Source of the DNA: Candidatus Blautia merdavium
Lineage (GTDB): Bacteria > Bacillota > Clostridia > Lachnospirales > Lachnospiraceae
Length of the DNA: 64,000 bases
Direction of reading: 5' to 3'
NCBI GenBank assembly: GCA_019119975.1
Contig: DWVZ01000150.1
Coordinates: 4,311-68,310, forward strand
How positions within the stretch are numbered: position 1 is the stretch's first letter; the number at the start of each line of letters is the position of its first letter. The notes below the pieces were generated by a model. That model was not told where the DNA came from. It ran no database searches and saw nothing but the letters and a program-made list of their open reading frames with translations. Positions 18,600 through 29,100 of the stretch are shown here, in pieces. Position numbers and translations under genes: made by a program.

Positions 18600-19390
18600 G
18601 GATTCTGTCCTTTCAATCCTTTCAGTTCTTCCAGCATTTTTTTCTTATCCGGGCTTCTCATCAGGGTTTCTCCGATCAGGACTGCGTCTACCTTTGCTTT
18701 TCTCAGCTTTTCGATATCCTGTGCCGTACGGATCCCGCTCTCTGCTACAAACAGGATTCCTTCCGGCACCTGGCTTCTCAGTGCCAGACAGTTTTCTGCA
18801 TTTACGGAAAAGTCTTTTAAATTTCGGTTATTGACGCCGATGATGCGGGCTCCTGCGTTTATGGCAGCATGGATTTCTTCTTCGTCATGGGCTTCCACCA
18901 AAGCGGACAGCCCCAGCTCCCCGGCAAGTTCCAGATAGGTCTTTAATTCTGCTTCGTCCAGCAGAGAGCAGATCAGTAAGACTGCATCTGCACCTAAAAC
19001 TTTGGCTTCGTATATCTGATAAGGATCTATGGTAAAATCTTTCCGGAGCACCGGAATGGATACCTGCCGGGCAATCTCCTGCAGATACTGATCCCTGCCA
19101 AGGAAAAATTCCGGCTCTGTCAGACAGGAAATTGCCGCTGCGCCTGCTGCTTCATACTCTCTGGCAATCTGCAGATACGGAAACTCTGGGGCAATGATTC
19201 CTTTGGATGGGGATGCTTTTTTTACCTCACAGATAAAAGCAGGATTGCCTGCGCTTAATGCCTTTTCAAAAAGGAAGGGCTCTTTTCCCTGTGTCTGCTC
19301 TGCCAGCGCCCGGATCTTTGGCAGAGGGATTTCTTTTTTCTTTTTTTTCACCCGTTTTCTGGTGGACTGGGCTATTTTTTCTAAGATCAT
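18596..19390 (-). CDS. trpC: Indole-3-glycerol phosphate synthase
   Basis: 264 aa with FICEVKKASPSKG, LRKDF and the VAESGI motif. Confidence 0.93.
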   Translation of the reverse strand: MILEKIAQSTRKRVKKKKKEIPLPKIRALAEQTQGKEPFLFEKALSAGNPAFICEVKKASPSKGIIAPEFPYLQIAREYEAAGAAAISCLTEPEFFLGRDQYLQEIARQVSIPVLRKDFTIDPYQIYEAKVLGADAVLLICSLLDEAELKTYLELAGELGLSALVEAHDEEEIHAAINAGARIIGVNNRNLKDFSVNAENCLALRSQVPEGILFVAESGIRTAQDIEKLRKAKVDAVLIGETLMRSPDKKKMLEELKGLKGQNP

Positions 19391-19393
19391 ATT

Positions 19394-20413
19394 CTATTCC
19401 TCATATTTCTTTGTGGCTGCTGTAAATTCCTCCAGCTTTTTCAAGGCTTTTTTGCTGTCGATCAGTTCTGCTGCCATCTGGATCCCATCGCCTAAAGAGA
19501 TGCCGTCGATACCCAGATAAAGGCTCATTCCCGCGTTCATCAGCACCACATCCCGTTTCGGTCCCCGTTCTTTGCCGGAAAGGATATCTCTTGTAATCTG
19601 CGCGTTTTCTTCCGGGGTTCCGCCGACCAGCTCTTTCAGGCTGCACCGTTTCAGTCCGAACTGCTCCGGGCTGATGCGGTAGCAGGTGGTCTCTCCGAAG
19701 CGGATCTCGCAGACCAGAGTCTCTCCTGTCAGAGTGATCTCATCCAGCCCGTCTGCTCCGCATACAGCAACGCCTCTGGTGACGCCCAGATTGCCCAGCA
19801 CCTTTGCCAAAGGCTCTACCAGTTTTTCATCATAGACCCCCAGAAGCTGCATGGTAGCCGCTGCCGGATTGGATAAAGGTCCCAGGATGTTGAATACGGT
19901 CCGGACTCCCATTTCCTTTCGTACCGGAGCCGCGTATTTCATCGAGGAATGGTAGACTGGAGCGAAGAGAAAGCACATGCCTGTCTGGTTCAGGATCTCT
20001 TCATTCTGCTGGGCAGTAAGATTGACATTTGCTCCCAGCCTTTCCAGTACATCAGCTGCGCCGCTTCGGCTGGAGACGCTTCGGTTGCCGTGCTTTGCCA
20101 CAGGAATCCCTCCTGCTGCCACCACAAACGCTGAGGTTGTGGAAATATTAAAGGTACCTGCCTCGTCTCCTCCGGTGCCTACGATGTCGATCACTTCTCG
20201 CTGGGGTTTGATCTTGATGCCTTTTTCCCTCATGACTTCTGCAAAAGCCGTGATCTCATCAATGCTTTCTCCCTGCATACGCAGCGCAGCCAGAAACGCT
20301 CCCATCTGCGCCTGGGTGGCAGTTCCGTCCATCATCTCTCCCATGACTGCTTTTGCTTCCTCATAGCTTAAATTTTTTCCTTCCATTAAGATGTGGATTG
20401 CTTCTTTGATCAT
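19394..20413 (-). CDS. trpD: Anthranilate phosphoribosyltransferase
   Basis: 339 aa with DIVGTGGD, FNISTTSAFV and KHGNRSVSS motifs. GAAAGGAAG RBS. Confidence 0.95.
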   Translation of the reverse strand: MIKEAIHILMEGKNLSYEEAKAVMGEMMDGTATQAQMGAFLAALRMQGESIDEITAFAEVMREKGIKIKPQREVIDIVGTGGDEAGTFNISTTSAFVVAAGGIPVAKHGNRSVSSRSGAADVLERLGANVNLTAQQNEEILNQTGMCFLFAPVYHSSMKYAAPVRKEMGVRTVFNILGPLSNPAAATMQLLGVYDEKLVEPLAKVLGNLGVTRGVAVCGADGLDEITLTGETLVCEIRFGETTCYRISPEQFGLKRCSLKELVGGTPEENAQITRDILSGKERGPKRDVVLMNAGMSLYLGIDGISLGDGIQMAAELIDSKKALKKLEEFTAATKKYEE

Positions 20414-20442
20414 AGTGGTCTTCCTTTCTGCTGCAATAGCGC

Positions 20443-20562
20443 TGTTGATTCTATACTTGTTGATTTTGTATTTGTGGATTCCGTATTTGTGGATTCCGTA
20501 TTTGTGGATTCCGTATTTGTTGATTCTGTATCTTGTGATTCCGTATTTGTTGATACTCGGAT
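20443..20562. repeat. Tandem array of about 8 copies of a 15-bp unit in the trpG-trpD spacer
   Basis: Plus-strand units start at 20443, 20458, 20473, 20488, 20503, 20518, 20533 and 20548. The three central copies are identical (TGTGGATTCCGTATT); the flanking copies are degenerate. The mRNA-sense unit is AAUACGGAAUCCACA. Confidence 0.95.
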
Positions 20563-20677
20563 ACGGGTTTGATTTCTATAAATAGGGCTCAATTTGATTT
20601 TTACAACATTAAATTGATAAATCTTTCCTTTCTGTATGGTAATCTCTATTCTTTTTTCTTCACAGAGCCTTGTTCTT

Positions 20678-21262
20678 TTATGGTCTGGTGTCTACGGTGC
20701 ACTTAAGAAAATTTTCCAGCATAGTCATGCCCTTTTCTGTAAGAATGGATTCCGGATGAAACTGGAGCCCATAGACAGGATATTCCCGATGCGCCACTGC
20801 CATGACTTCTCCTGCCTCTGAGAGGGCTGTGATCTTCAATTCCTCCGGGATGGTCTCCTTTACCGCTGCCAGAGAATGGTATCTGGCTGCCCCGGTCTCC
20901 CTTCCCAGTCCATGGAATATAGGGCAGGAAGAATCCAGCAGGATCCGGCTTTTCTTTCCGTGCATGAGTTCTTCTGCAGGTGCGATTTTGGCGCTGTAGA
21001 CTTCACAGATTGCCTGATGTCCCAGACAGATTCCAAGAATAGGGATCTGCCCCTGAAAGCTGCGGATCACTTCTTCACAGATCCCTGCGTCTTTGGGATA
21101 ACCGGGACCGGGGGAAAGCACCAGATGAGAAGGGGCAAGCTGCCGGATTTCTTCTATGGAAATCTGATCATTTCTCACTGTGCGTATTTCTTTTTCCAGG
21201 GTTCCCAGTTCCTGCACCAGATTGTAGGTAAAACTGTCATAGTTGTCGATGAGCAAAATCAT
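20678..21262 (-). CDS. trpG: Anthranilate synthase component II (glutamine amidotransferase)
   Basis: 194 aa with MILLIDNYDSFTYNL, the GICLGHQ catalytic Cys and FHPES. ATGA overlap with the trpE stop. Confidence 0.95.
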   Translation of the reverse strand: MILLIDNYDSFTYNLVQELGTLEKEIRTVRNDQISIEEIRQLAPSHLVLSPGPGYPKDAGICEEVIRSFQGQIPILGICLGHQAICEVYSAKIAPAEELMHGKKSRILLDSSCPIFHGLGRETGAARYHSLAAVKETIPEELKITALSEAGEVMAVAHREYPVYGLQFHPESILTEKGMTMLENFLKCTVDTRP

Positions 21263-22722
21263 TCTTCCTCTACCTCCTCTGCACGGATCACTGCCTGCAT
21301 CACGGCTGCCGCTTTGTTTGCCGATTCTTCGTATTCCATTTCCGGCACGCTGTCTGCTACGATCCCGCCGCCTGCCTGTACCGATACTTTGCCGTTTTTC
21401 CGAACTGCCATGCGGATGGCGATGCAGGTGTCCAGATTTCCGGCAAAATCAAGATAACCTAAGGCGCCTCCGTAAATCCCCCTCTCTTCTTTTTCGATCT
21501 CTTCAATGATCTGGCACGCCCGGATCTTAGGCGCGCCGGAGAGGGTGCCTGCCGGAAGAACCGCCTCGATAGCGTCCAGTCCGTCTCTGTCTTTTTGAAT
21601 ACGGCTCTCTACCTGAGAACAGATATGCATGATCTTGGAATACTTGTGTACCTGCATGTATTCTGCCACTTTTACGGAACCATAGCGGCTGATCTTTCCC
21701 AGGTCATTTCTGCCCAGATCCACCAGCATATTATGTTCTGACAGCTCCTTTTCATCACTAAGAAGCTCTCTTTTCAGCCTTTCATCTTCCTCCGGGTTCC
21801 TGCCTCTGGGACGGGAGCCTGCCACCGGGAAAGTCGTCAGCTTTCCGTTCTGGAGTCTGACCAGTGTCTCCGGAGATGTGCTCATCAGCTCCTCCTGTTC
21901 TGTATGGAAATACACCATATAGGGGGAAGGGTTGGTAGTGCGCAGGACTCGGTAAGCATTGAAGAGGCTGTTTTTCATAGGGCTCTCAAACTTTCTGGAT
22001 ATGACTGCCTGGAAAATATCTCCGTTTCGTATATAAGACTTGGTTTTCTCTACCATCCGGCAGTATTCTTCTTTGGAAACTGAACAGGTGAAATGGATTT
22101 CTTCCTTTTCCCGCCTTTCAGGTGCCGGCTCTGCCTGCCGCAGAAGCGCGATCAGTTCCTGTATCTGCTCCTGAGCTCTTTTATAATTTTCTTCTGCCCT
22201 GTCTGTACGGATATTCACTATGACTGACAGCTTCTGCTTTAAATGGTCATAAGCCAGGATTTTATCAAACAGCATCACATCATAATCCGCAAAGGTTTCA
22301 TTGGTAATCTTCAATACCGGTTCTGCATAGCCGATCATGGAATATGCAAAATAGCCTGCGAAACCGCCGGTAAAAGGCGGGAAATCCGGCAGGATCGGTG
22401 AACGGTACGACTTTAAGATCTCCCGCAGAACCTCCTGGGGTTTTTGAGAGAGGATTTCCCTGCGCCCCTCCGGTTCCTCTATCCGAACGATACCTTTCGC
22501 GCAGGTTACCCGCAGGACCGGGTCGCATCCCAAAAAGGAATACCTGCCCCATTTTTCTCCTCCTTCCACGCTTTCCAGAAGAAAATACCGCTGGCTTTTC
22601 GCTGCCAGCTTACGCAGGATCGCAATCGGGGTAATACTGTCTCCGTAAATTTCCCTGCATACAGGAACGATGGAATAATCTTCCGCAAGTTTCTGAACTG
22701 TGTTTAAGTCTGGTTTTAACAT
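21259..22722 (-). CDS. trpE: Anthranilate synthase component I
   Basis: Chorismate-binding domain (GRNDLG, GTLSGAPK, YGGALGY). I set the start at ATG 22722 (MLKPDLNTV), preceded by AAAGGAAGGAA. The ORF-track extension runs through the T-box leader. Confidence 0.93.
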   Translation of the reverse strand: MLKPDLNTVQKLAEDYSIVPVCREIYGDSITPIAILRKLAAKSQRYFLLESVEGGEKWGRYSFLGCDPVLRVTCAKGIVRIEEPEGRREILSQKPQEVLREILKSYRSPILPDFPPFTGGFAGYFAYSMIGYAEPVLKITNETFADYDVMLFDKILAYDHLKQKLSVIVNIRTDRAEENYKRAQEQIQELIALLRQAEPAPERREKEEIHFTCSVSKEEYCRMVEKTKSYIRNGDIFQAVISRKFESPMKNSLFNAYRVLRTTNPSPYMVYFHTEQEELMSTSPETLVRLQNGKLTTFPVAGSRPRGRNPEEDERLKRELLSDEKELSEHNMLVDLGRNDLGKISRYGSVKVAEYMQVHKYSKIMHICSQVESRIQKDRDGLDAIEAVLPAGTLSGAPKIRACQIIEEIEKEERGIYGGALGYLDFAGNLDTCIAIRMAVRKNGKVSVQAGGGIVADSVPEMEYEESANKAAAVMQAVIRAEEVEEE

Positions 22723-22758
22723 ATCTGCTGTTCCTTCCTTTCCTGAAAGAGGGGAGGC

Positions 22759-23088
22759 AAAAAGAAAAGCCCCTGTCCCACTGGAAACTATTCCTAATGG
22801 GACAGGGGCTGATAAAACAAACTCCTGCGGTGCCACCCAAATTGTCTTTTCAGGCAGGATAAAACTTCCGCCTGCGTCTAAGACCGCTCTTTCATGTACT
22901 AACATACACTCCCTGCTGATAACGGATCGGGTCACCCGTCAGCGTCTACTCTCCTTTTCAGGATTTCAAGCTGCCCTCACAAGTCCATTCGCCTAAAACT
23001 CTTGCTGCCGGACTCTCAGCATCGCCGGCTCTCTGTAAGCAAATATCTCAGGTTACTTCTCTTGTTCATCAGTTTAAAGTTTTAACTT
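22759..23088 (-). promoter_or_regulatory. T-box riboswitch leader, Trp-specific (UGG specifier)
   Basis: Minus-strand RNA shows the stem I AGAGAG/GA motif and a specifier loop GAAUGGAC with UGG at 22987-22985. The T-box sequence UUUGGGUGGCACCGCAGGAG is at about 22842-22823. A terminator hairpin GCCCCUGUCCCA...UGGGACAGGGGC (22809-22769) is followed by UUUUCUUUUU. Confidence 0.9.
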
Positions 23089-23094
23089 GAATAG

Positions 23095-23124
23095 ATTATA
23101 TAGTACGGTTCTTCTTTCTGTCAA
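23095..23124 (-). promoter_or_regulatory. Candidate sigma-A promoter of the trp operon leader
   Basis: On the minus strand: TTGACA (23124-23119), 18-nt spacer, TATAAT (23100-23095). The -35 box overlaps the stop codon of the adhesin gene (23121-23123). Confidence 0.6.
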
Positions 23125-26100
23125 GTATCTTTTTTCCTTTTTGCATTCTTTTTTCCTGCTGTCAGCAGGATCATACCAGATAGAAAAATACTTAAAAAGA
23201 TTTTCTCTATAGGTGCAGGGTCTCCGGTCTGAGGCACGGTTTCCTTTTCCTTAATAAAAACTGTCTGAGCTTCGTCCTGCAGATCTGTATGGGAAGCCAC
23301 CAGATTCTCTCCTACATACAGACGCTCAAATACTACCAGTCTTTTTCCTTCCAGTCCCCTTGCGTCAAAAGAAAAGTCCAGTTCCACCTGCCCTGTTTTT
23401 TCCTTGGCTGTAAACTTCTTTTCCGCGGTCACAAAAGAATCCCCAGCCTGCAGCTCCTTACCTGTTTCCTGATCCATCAGGACACCTTTTACGGTATATT
23501 CGGTTCCCACTGCCAGATTTTCGTACTGCACCGTATCGGTAAGGACTGTCTTTTTCTTTGCCGCTGCTTCTTGTTTTCCAGTCTCCTGATTCCGGGCATT
23601 GGTTCTGATCTCTGGTTTGGGAAAAAGGATCGTCTGTCCTTGATCCTGAAGATCTGCATGTGCGGCAACTTCTGTTTGCTCCACATACAGGCGCTCGAAA
23701 ACCACCAGAGACGTACCAGTCAGACTGGATGCGTCAAACACAAACTCCATCTCCACCGTGCCAGATGCCTCCTTGGGGGTGAAGCTTTTTTCTGCAGTTA
23801 TGGTTTTGCCCTGGATCTTCAGCTCTTTTTCTACAGGTTTTTCCATAAGAATACCTTTGAGTGTATACTCCTGTCCGGGGATCAGATTCTCATAGTTTAC
23901 CGTATCGATGATCACCGTATTCTCTCCTGCTGCCGCCGCCTGTCCGTGATTCAAAGGATTTTCTGCCTTTGTTCCAATCTCAGGGACAGGAAATTCCACG
24001 GTCTGCCCTTCATCCTGAAGATCTGTATGAACAGCCGCCTCGGTATCCTTCCAGTAGAGACGTTCAAAAACAACCACCTGTTTCCCTGTCAGTTCCCTTG
24101 CGTCAAAAGAAAATTCCAAAGCGATGCTTCCGTTTTTCTCCTCCGGTACAAAAGTCTTTTCTGACGTTACGGTCTGTCCTTTAATCTTTAATTCTTCTAC
24201 TGTTTCCTTGTCCATCAAAATGCCTCTTACCGTGTATTCCTGTCCGGGGATCAGGTTTTCATACTTTACGGTATCTGTAATTGTAAGCTTTTGGTTGGCT
24301 GCCGCCTGTCGGCTGGCTGTCTTTTGATTCTGTGCCGTGGTTTTGATCTTATGCTCCGGGAACGTAATGGACTGTTCTGGATCCTCCAGATCTTCATGCT
24401 CTTCAATCTGCGTCTCTCCAATCCACACTTGTTCAAATACCACCACCGTTTTTCCCGCAAGCTGGGAAGCATCAAAGCTGAACGTATTTTCAACCTCCTG
24501 TTCCGCTTTCTCGGCAGTAAATTCCACTGTGGCAGTCACAGGCTGCCGATTTATCAGAAGCTTTGTCTTTTCTTCCCGGTCCATCAGCACGCCTTTTATG
24601 GTATAAGTTTCACCCGGCTGAAGATTTTTCAGGGTAAGGCGGTCTGTGATAACGGTTTCCTTCTTCGCAACTGCCTCCCGGCTCCCGGTATCGACGCTGA
24701 CTGCCTGGGTTTTTACAAGCTGGGTCTCCCGGTTTTCTATGGCAAGGACTGCTTCCGCTTTCCCGTCAATCTTTCCGTCTTCACCCACCGTAAATTCATG
24801 GATCTCCATATCCATCGCATATCCGGGTATTCCTTTTGTCTCCTGGATGCAATAGGTTCCCGGAAGGAGTCTTTCTATGCGGATCCTGCCGTCTTCTTGG
24901 GTGGTATAAACTTGCTTTTGGCTGTTTTCCTGTCCGGTTTCTTCTTTGTCCGTCTTTTTCCATAAAGAAAACTCTACGCCGGAAAGCTTCTGTCCGCTTC
25001 CGTGTACTTTTTTATCCAGGATCAGCACGGTAGGCTGGTTGGCGATCTCTAAAGTATCGTATACCAGGGGCGTCACCTGATCCTGATACGAAAGCTCTGC
25101 CTCATATTCCTGCTGGGAGAGGACAAATCCCGGAGCTGGTTTTGTTTCTTTTACCAGGTATTTTCCAAGATACAGCTCTTTGCTTACAGCGCTGCCGTCC
25201 TGACCGGTGGCAACCGTATCTGCCAATTCTCCTTTCTGCATCCGTATCGTGCCGTCCGGCGTCTTGATCTCTTCTGCTGCCCGTATTTCAAAAACCGCGC
25301 CCTGCAGTTTTTCTCCCGTTGTCTGATGCCGCTTTTCAATCCGGATCTGTCCCTTCACCGGCACATCGAAATATTCTACCGTCAATGGCGCATCCCATTC
25401 ATAATCGCCGTCTACAGAAAATTCCAGAAGCTCTCCCTGTAAATATCCCTTTGGCGCCTGAACCTCTTTCAGATAGTAAATGCCGGGCTTTAATTTTTCA
25501 GGAAGCAGGAAGGATCCGGTTTCGTCGGTCTCCCAGGTATCCTGGATTACAAGAGACGGATAATGGGTAACGGTCATTTCCACCAGGTGTTTCTCCTGAT
25601 CCAGGATCTGGAAGGAGCTTCCTTTCACTGGTATGATCTTCCCTGTCTCTTTGTCTTTTTTCACTATGGAAACCGGAGCTTCGATCACATCGTTTTCCAG
25701 TATGTAATAGAGGGTCCTGCCTTCTTCACTGATGGAGATTTCGTAAGGTTCTATTTCTGCGTAATCCGCATAAGGGCTGTCCTCTGTCACCACATAGGTA
25801 TCATAGACCAGTCCTCCCCGGTCTTTGCCCAGCTGCCTTGTGCTGGCATAACCGTTTTCATCGGTTACGATGGTGTATTCTTTGCCTGTTGTTTTGCTGG
25901 TAAAGGTGAAGCAGACACCTTTTAAGGGCTTCTTCTGTTCTGACTGATGTCCTTCCTGGTCCGCGCCGAATTTCACGATCTGCACATCCCCCCGGATCAC
26001 ATCGTTTTTTATAGCTGTATCGGATGTGTTCATCTGCACTATTTTCCCGTTTTCGCCAATGGAGAAATCCCGGACGAGAACCCCGGTAGGATTATATCCC

Positions 26101-29100
26101 TGGGGCGGTTTGATTTCTTTTATCTGATAGTCTCCATAGGGCAGCAGATCATTTTCGGTAGATGCCTGTCCTGCTTTGTCTGTGGTCAAAACAGCAATCA
26201 CTTCTCCCTTTTTGTACTCTTTTTCTTCTACTAGGATGGTATTAGCGTTCATAGAAAGGATTTGAAACTCAGCGCCTTGGAAACTGGCTGCCCCCTGGGT
26301 TTCCTTTTTATTTTGTTCCTTGTCCCATTTCTCCACAGACACCCCGCCGCGGATCACCTGATTTTTCACTGCGGTGTTCATCTCCACTATTTTTCCATTT
26401 TCGCGGATAGAAAAGCTGCGGGTCCGTGTGCCGGATGCCGTATAACCGGCTGGCGCTTTTACTTCTTTTAGCTGATAATTTCCATAAGGCAGATAATCTG
26501 CATCTGTTTTCGCTCTCCCTTCTTCGTCTGTGATCAGGGTAGTGATGACCTCTCCTTCTTGATAAATTTTTCCATCGACCAAAATACTTTTGGAATTCTT
26601 CGATAGAATCTGGATCTGGGCTCCTTTTAAACTGGCTCCTCCCTGGGGTTCTCTCTTATTCTTTTCACTGTCCCATTTTTCCACAGATACGCCGCCGCGG
26701 ATGACCTGATTTTTTACTGCGGTGTCTGCAGTCTTCATCTCCACTATCTTTCCGTTTTCGCGGATAGAAAAACTGCGGGTCAGCACGCCGGACGCCAGAT
26801 AGCCTGCGGGCGGCTTTACTTCTTTTAGCTGGTAATCTCCATAGGGCAGATAATCTGCGGCAGTTTTTGCTTTCCCTTCTTCATCCGTGGTAAGGGTGGT
26901 GATCACATCGCCTTCTTTATACGTTTTCCCTTGGACCAGAATACTGGTGGCATTCTTCGATAGGATCTGGATCTGCGCTCCTTTTAAAGAGGCTCCTCCC
27001 TGAGGTTCTCTCTTATTCTTTTCGCTGTCCCATTTTTCCACAGACACACCGCCGCGGATCACCTGATTTTTCACCGCGGTGTCTGCGGTGTTCATCTCTA
27101 CCATCTTTCCGTTTTCACGGATAGAAAAATTACGGCTCAATGTTCCGGATGCTGTATAACCAGTTGGTGCTTTTATTTCTTTTAACTGATAATTGCCATA
27201 GGGCAGGTAATCCGATGAGGTTTTTGCCTTGCCCTCTTTGTCTGTCGTCAGGGTGGCAATGACCTCTCCTTCCTGATAGGTTTTTCCTCCGACTAAAATA
27301 CTATTGGAATTCCTGGACAAAATCTGGATCTGGGTTCCTTCCAGCGTGGCTGCTCCCTGAGCCTCCCTCTTATTCTTCTCACTGTCCCATTTTTCCACAG
27401 ACACACCTCCGCGGATCACCCGATTTTTCACTGCGGTGCCTGAAGTATTCATCTCCACCATCTTTCCGTTTTCGCGGATAGAAAAACTGCGGGTCAGCAC
27501 GCCGGATGCCAGATAGCCTGCAGGCGGTTTTACCTCTTTTAGCTGATAATCCCCATAGGGCAGATAATCTGCGGCAGTTTTTGCTTTCCCTTCTTCATCC
27601 GTGGTAAGGGTGGTGATCACGTCGCCTTCCTTATAGGTCTTACCTTCCACCGTGATGCTGTTGGAATTTTTCGATAGGATCTGAATCTGAGCGCCTTTTA
27701 AACTGGCGCTTCCCTGAGGCTCTCTCTTCTCTTTTTCACTGTCCCATTTCTCTACAGACACACCTCCGCGGATGATCGTTTCCTCACTCTTGACTGTCTT
27801 ATAAAAAACGGTACTGGTCCGGTTCTCTGAAGTAAATTTGACCGTATACGAAGCCTTATCCAAAAGGTAGCCTGGCGCTGCCTTCGTTTCTTTTACGGTA
27901 TAAGTACCTAAAGGCAGTTCTTTGCTCTGGGCTTTTCCGTCTTCTGCGGTTGTCAGGGTGGCAACGGTCTCATCTTTGCTGTTCTTTACGGTATAGACCG
28001 CTCCTTTGAGCGATCCTTCTCCCTGGGACGCAGAAGTTCCCGTGTCCGTGTCGCACTTTTCTAAAAGGATGATTCCTTTCTGAGGTGTCTCTTTGCTGAC
28101 CACCTCCTCATAAAGCGCCGAACCATTGCCGCTCTTTGCAGAAAGAGTGACCGTGTAGGTCTTGCTGTCTTTCACATATCCTACGGAAGGAAGTGTTTCT
28201 TTGACGGTATAAGTGCCCAAAGGCAGCTCTTTGCTCTGGGCTTCTCCGTTCTCATCTGTGGTCAGCGTATCTGCCAGGTTTCCTAAGCTGTCCCGGAGCT
28301 CATAGACGGCTCCTTTGAGGGTTCCTTCCCCTGAAGGTTTCCCTTCGGTCTCACGGTCCTGTTTGATCAGCCGGATTCTCCCTTTCTGGGCGTTTTCCTG
28401 ACTTTCCACATCCTGATAGAGAATTCCTTTGGAGGTAGTATCTCCCTGAAAAGTCACGGTATAGGTTTTCGTATCCAACAGATAACCGGAGGGCGCTGTT
28501 TTCTCTTTGACGGTATAGGTGCCCAGAGGCAGTTCCTTGCTCTGTGCCTTTCCCTGTTCATCAACAGTCAATGTATCTGCCAGACTTCCATCTTTTTTCC
28601 TGACTTCATAGACCGCTCCTTTCAGGCTTTGTCCGCTCTTTTCCTGATCTGTCTTTGTCAGGCGGATCACACCTTTCTGGCAGTCATCCTCACAGGAATA
28701 GACCGATGTTTTCTGAGCCGTCACAGTCACATTCCCGGTCTTTTGGTTTAGAAGATAGCCTTTCGGTGTCTGGGTCTCCCTGATTTCATAATCTCCTTCC
28801 AAAAGCTCGCCGCTTTTTCCTTTTCCGTCTTTGTCTAAACGGATCTCTCCAGCCTTCTCTCCGGTATCTTTGCTGTAAATCTCATATCTGGCTCCTTCCA
28901 GAGAATACGCTTCATTTCCGTCTGTAAAGGCAGGATTCCCGGAGGATTTGCGGATTTCGATCCATCCATACTGCAGGGGCCAGCTGCCTCCCATGGTCTG
29001 ATAGGAGCCGCTTCCCATGTTAAAATAAAAAGCTTTAAAAGAGGACGGGGGATCCGGAAGCGTTTTGATCTGATCCAGTTCTGCCAGCAGTTCATTTTTC

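Noticed and set aside
20443-20562. The possibility that the tandem array is a CRISPR array, or a TRAP-type (G/U)AG triplet attenuator site.
   Set aside because: The units are directly adjacent with no spacers and are only 15 bp, so this is not a CRISPR array. The unit does not present GAG/UAG triplets at 2-3 nt spacing, and the operon already has a T-box, so it is not TRAP-like.
20410-20592. A 60-aa ORF (MSPIYRNQTRIRVSTNTESQDTESTNTESTNTES...) running through the 15-bp repeat array and overlapping the trpD start.
   Set aside because: The start is a TTG with no Shine-Dalgarno. The repeat-containing segment is open in all three frames because the unit lacks stop triplets. The peptide is pure low-complexity repeat. 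I treat it as non-coding repeat DNA and discuss it under findings.
22723-22935. N-terminal extensions offered by the ORF track for trpE. The same issue applies to trpB (17983-18087), cooS (36740-36808), the dacA-like gene (50895-51224), RpiR (9977-10192), rimO (60404-60538) and rpoZ (60762-60878).
   Set aside because: The extensions run through leaders or upstream genes, have junk-like composition, and ignore internal ATGs that have good RBSs and canonical family N-termini.
23289-24965. Long plus-strand ORFs (291 aa, 224 aa and others) antisense to the adhesin gene.
   Set aside because: They are antisense shadows of a repetitive gene with biased codon usage. They are Cys/Phe/Leu-rich low-complexity translations without start signals.
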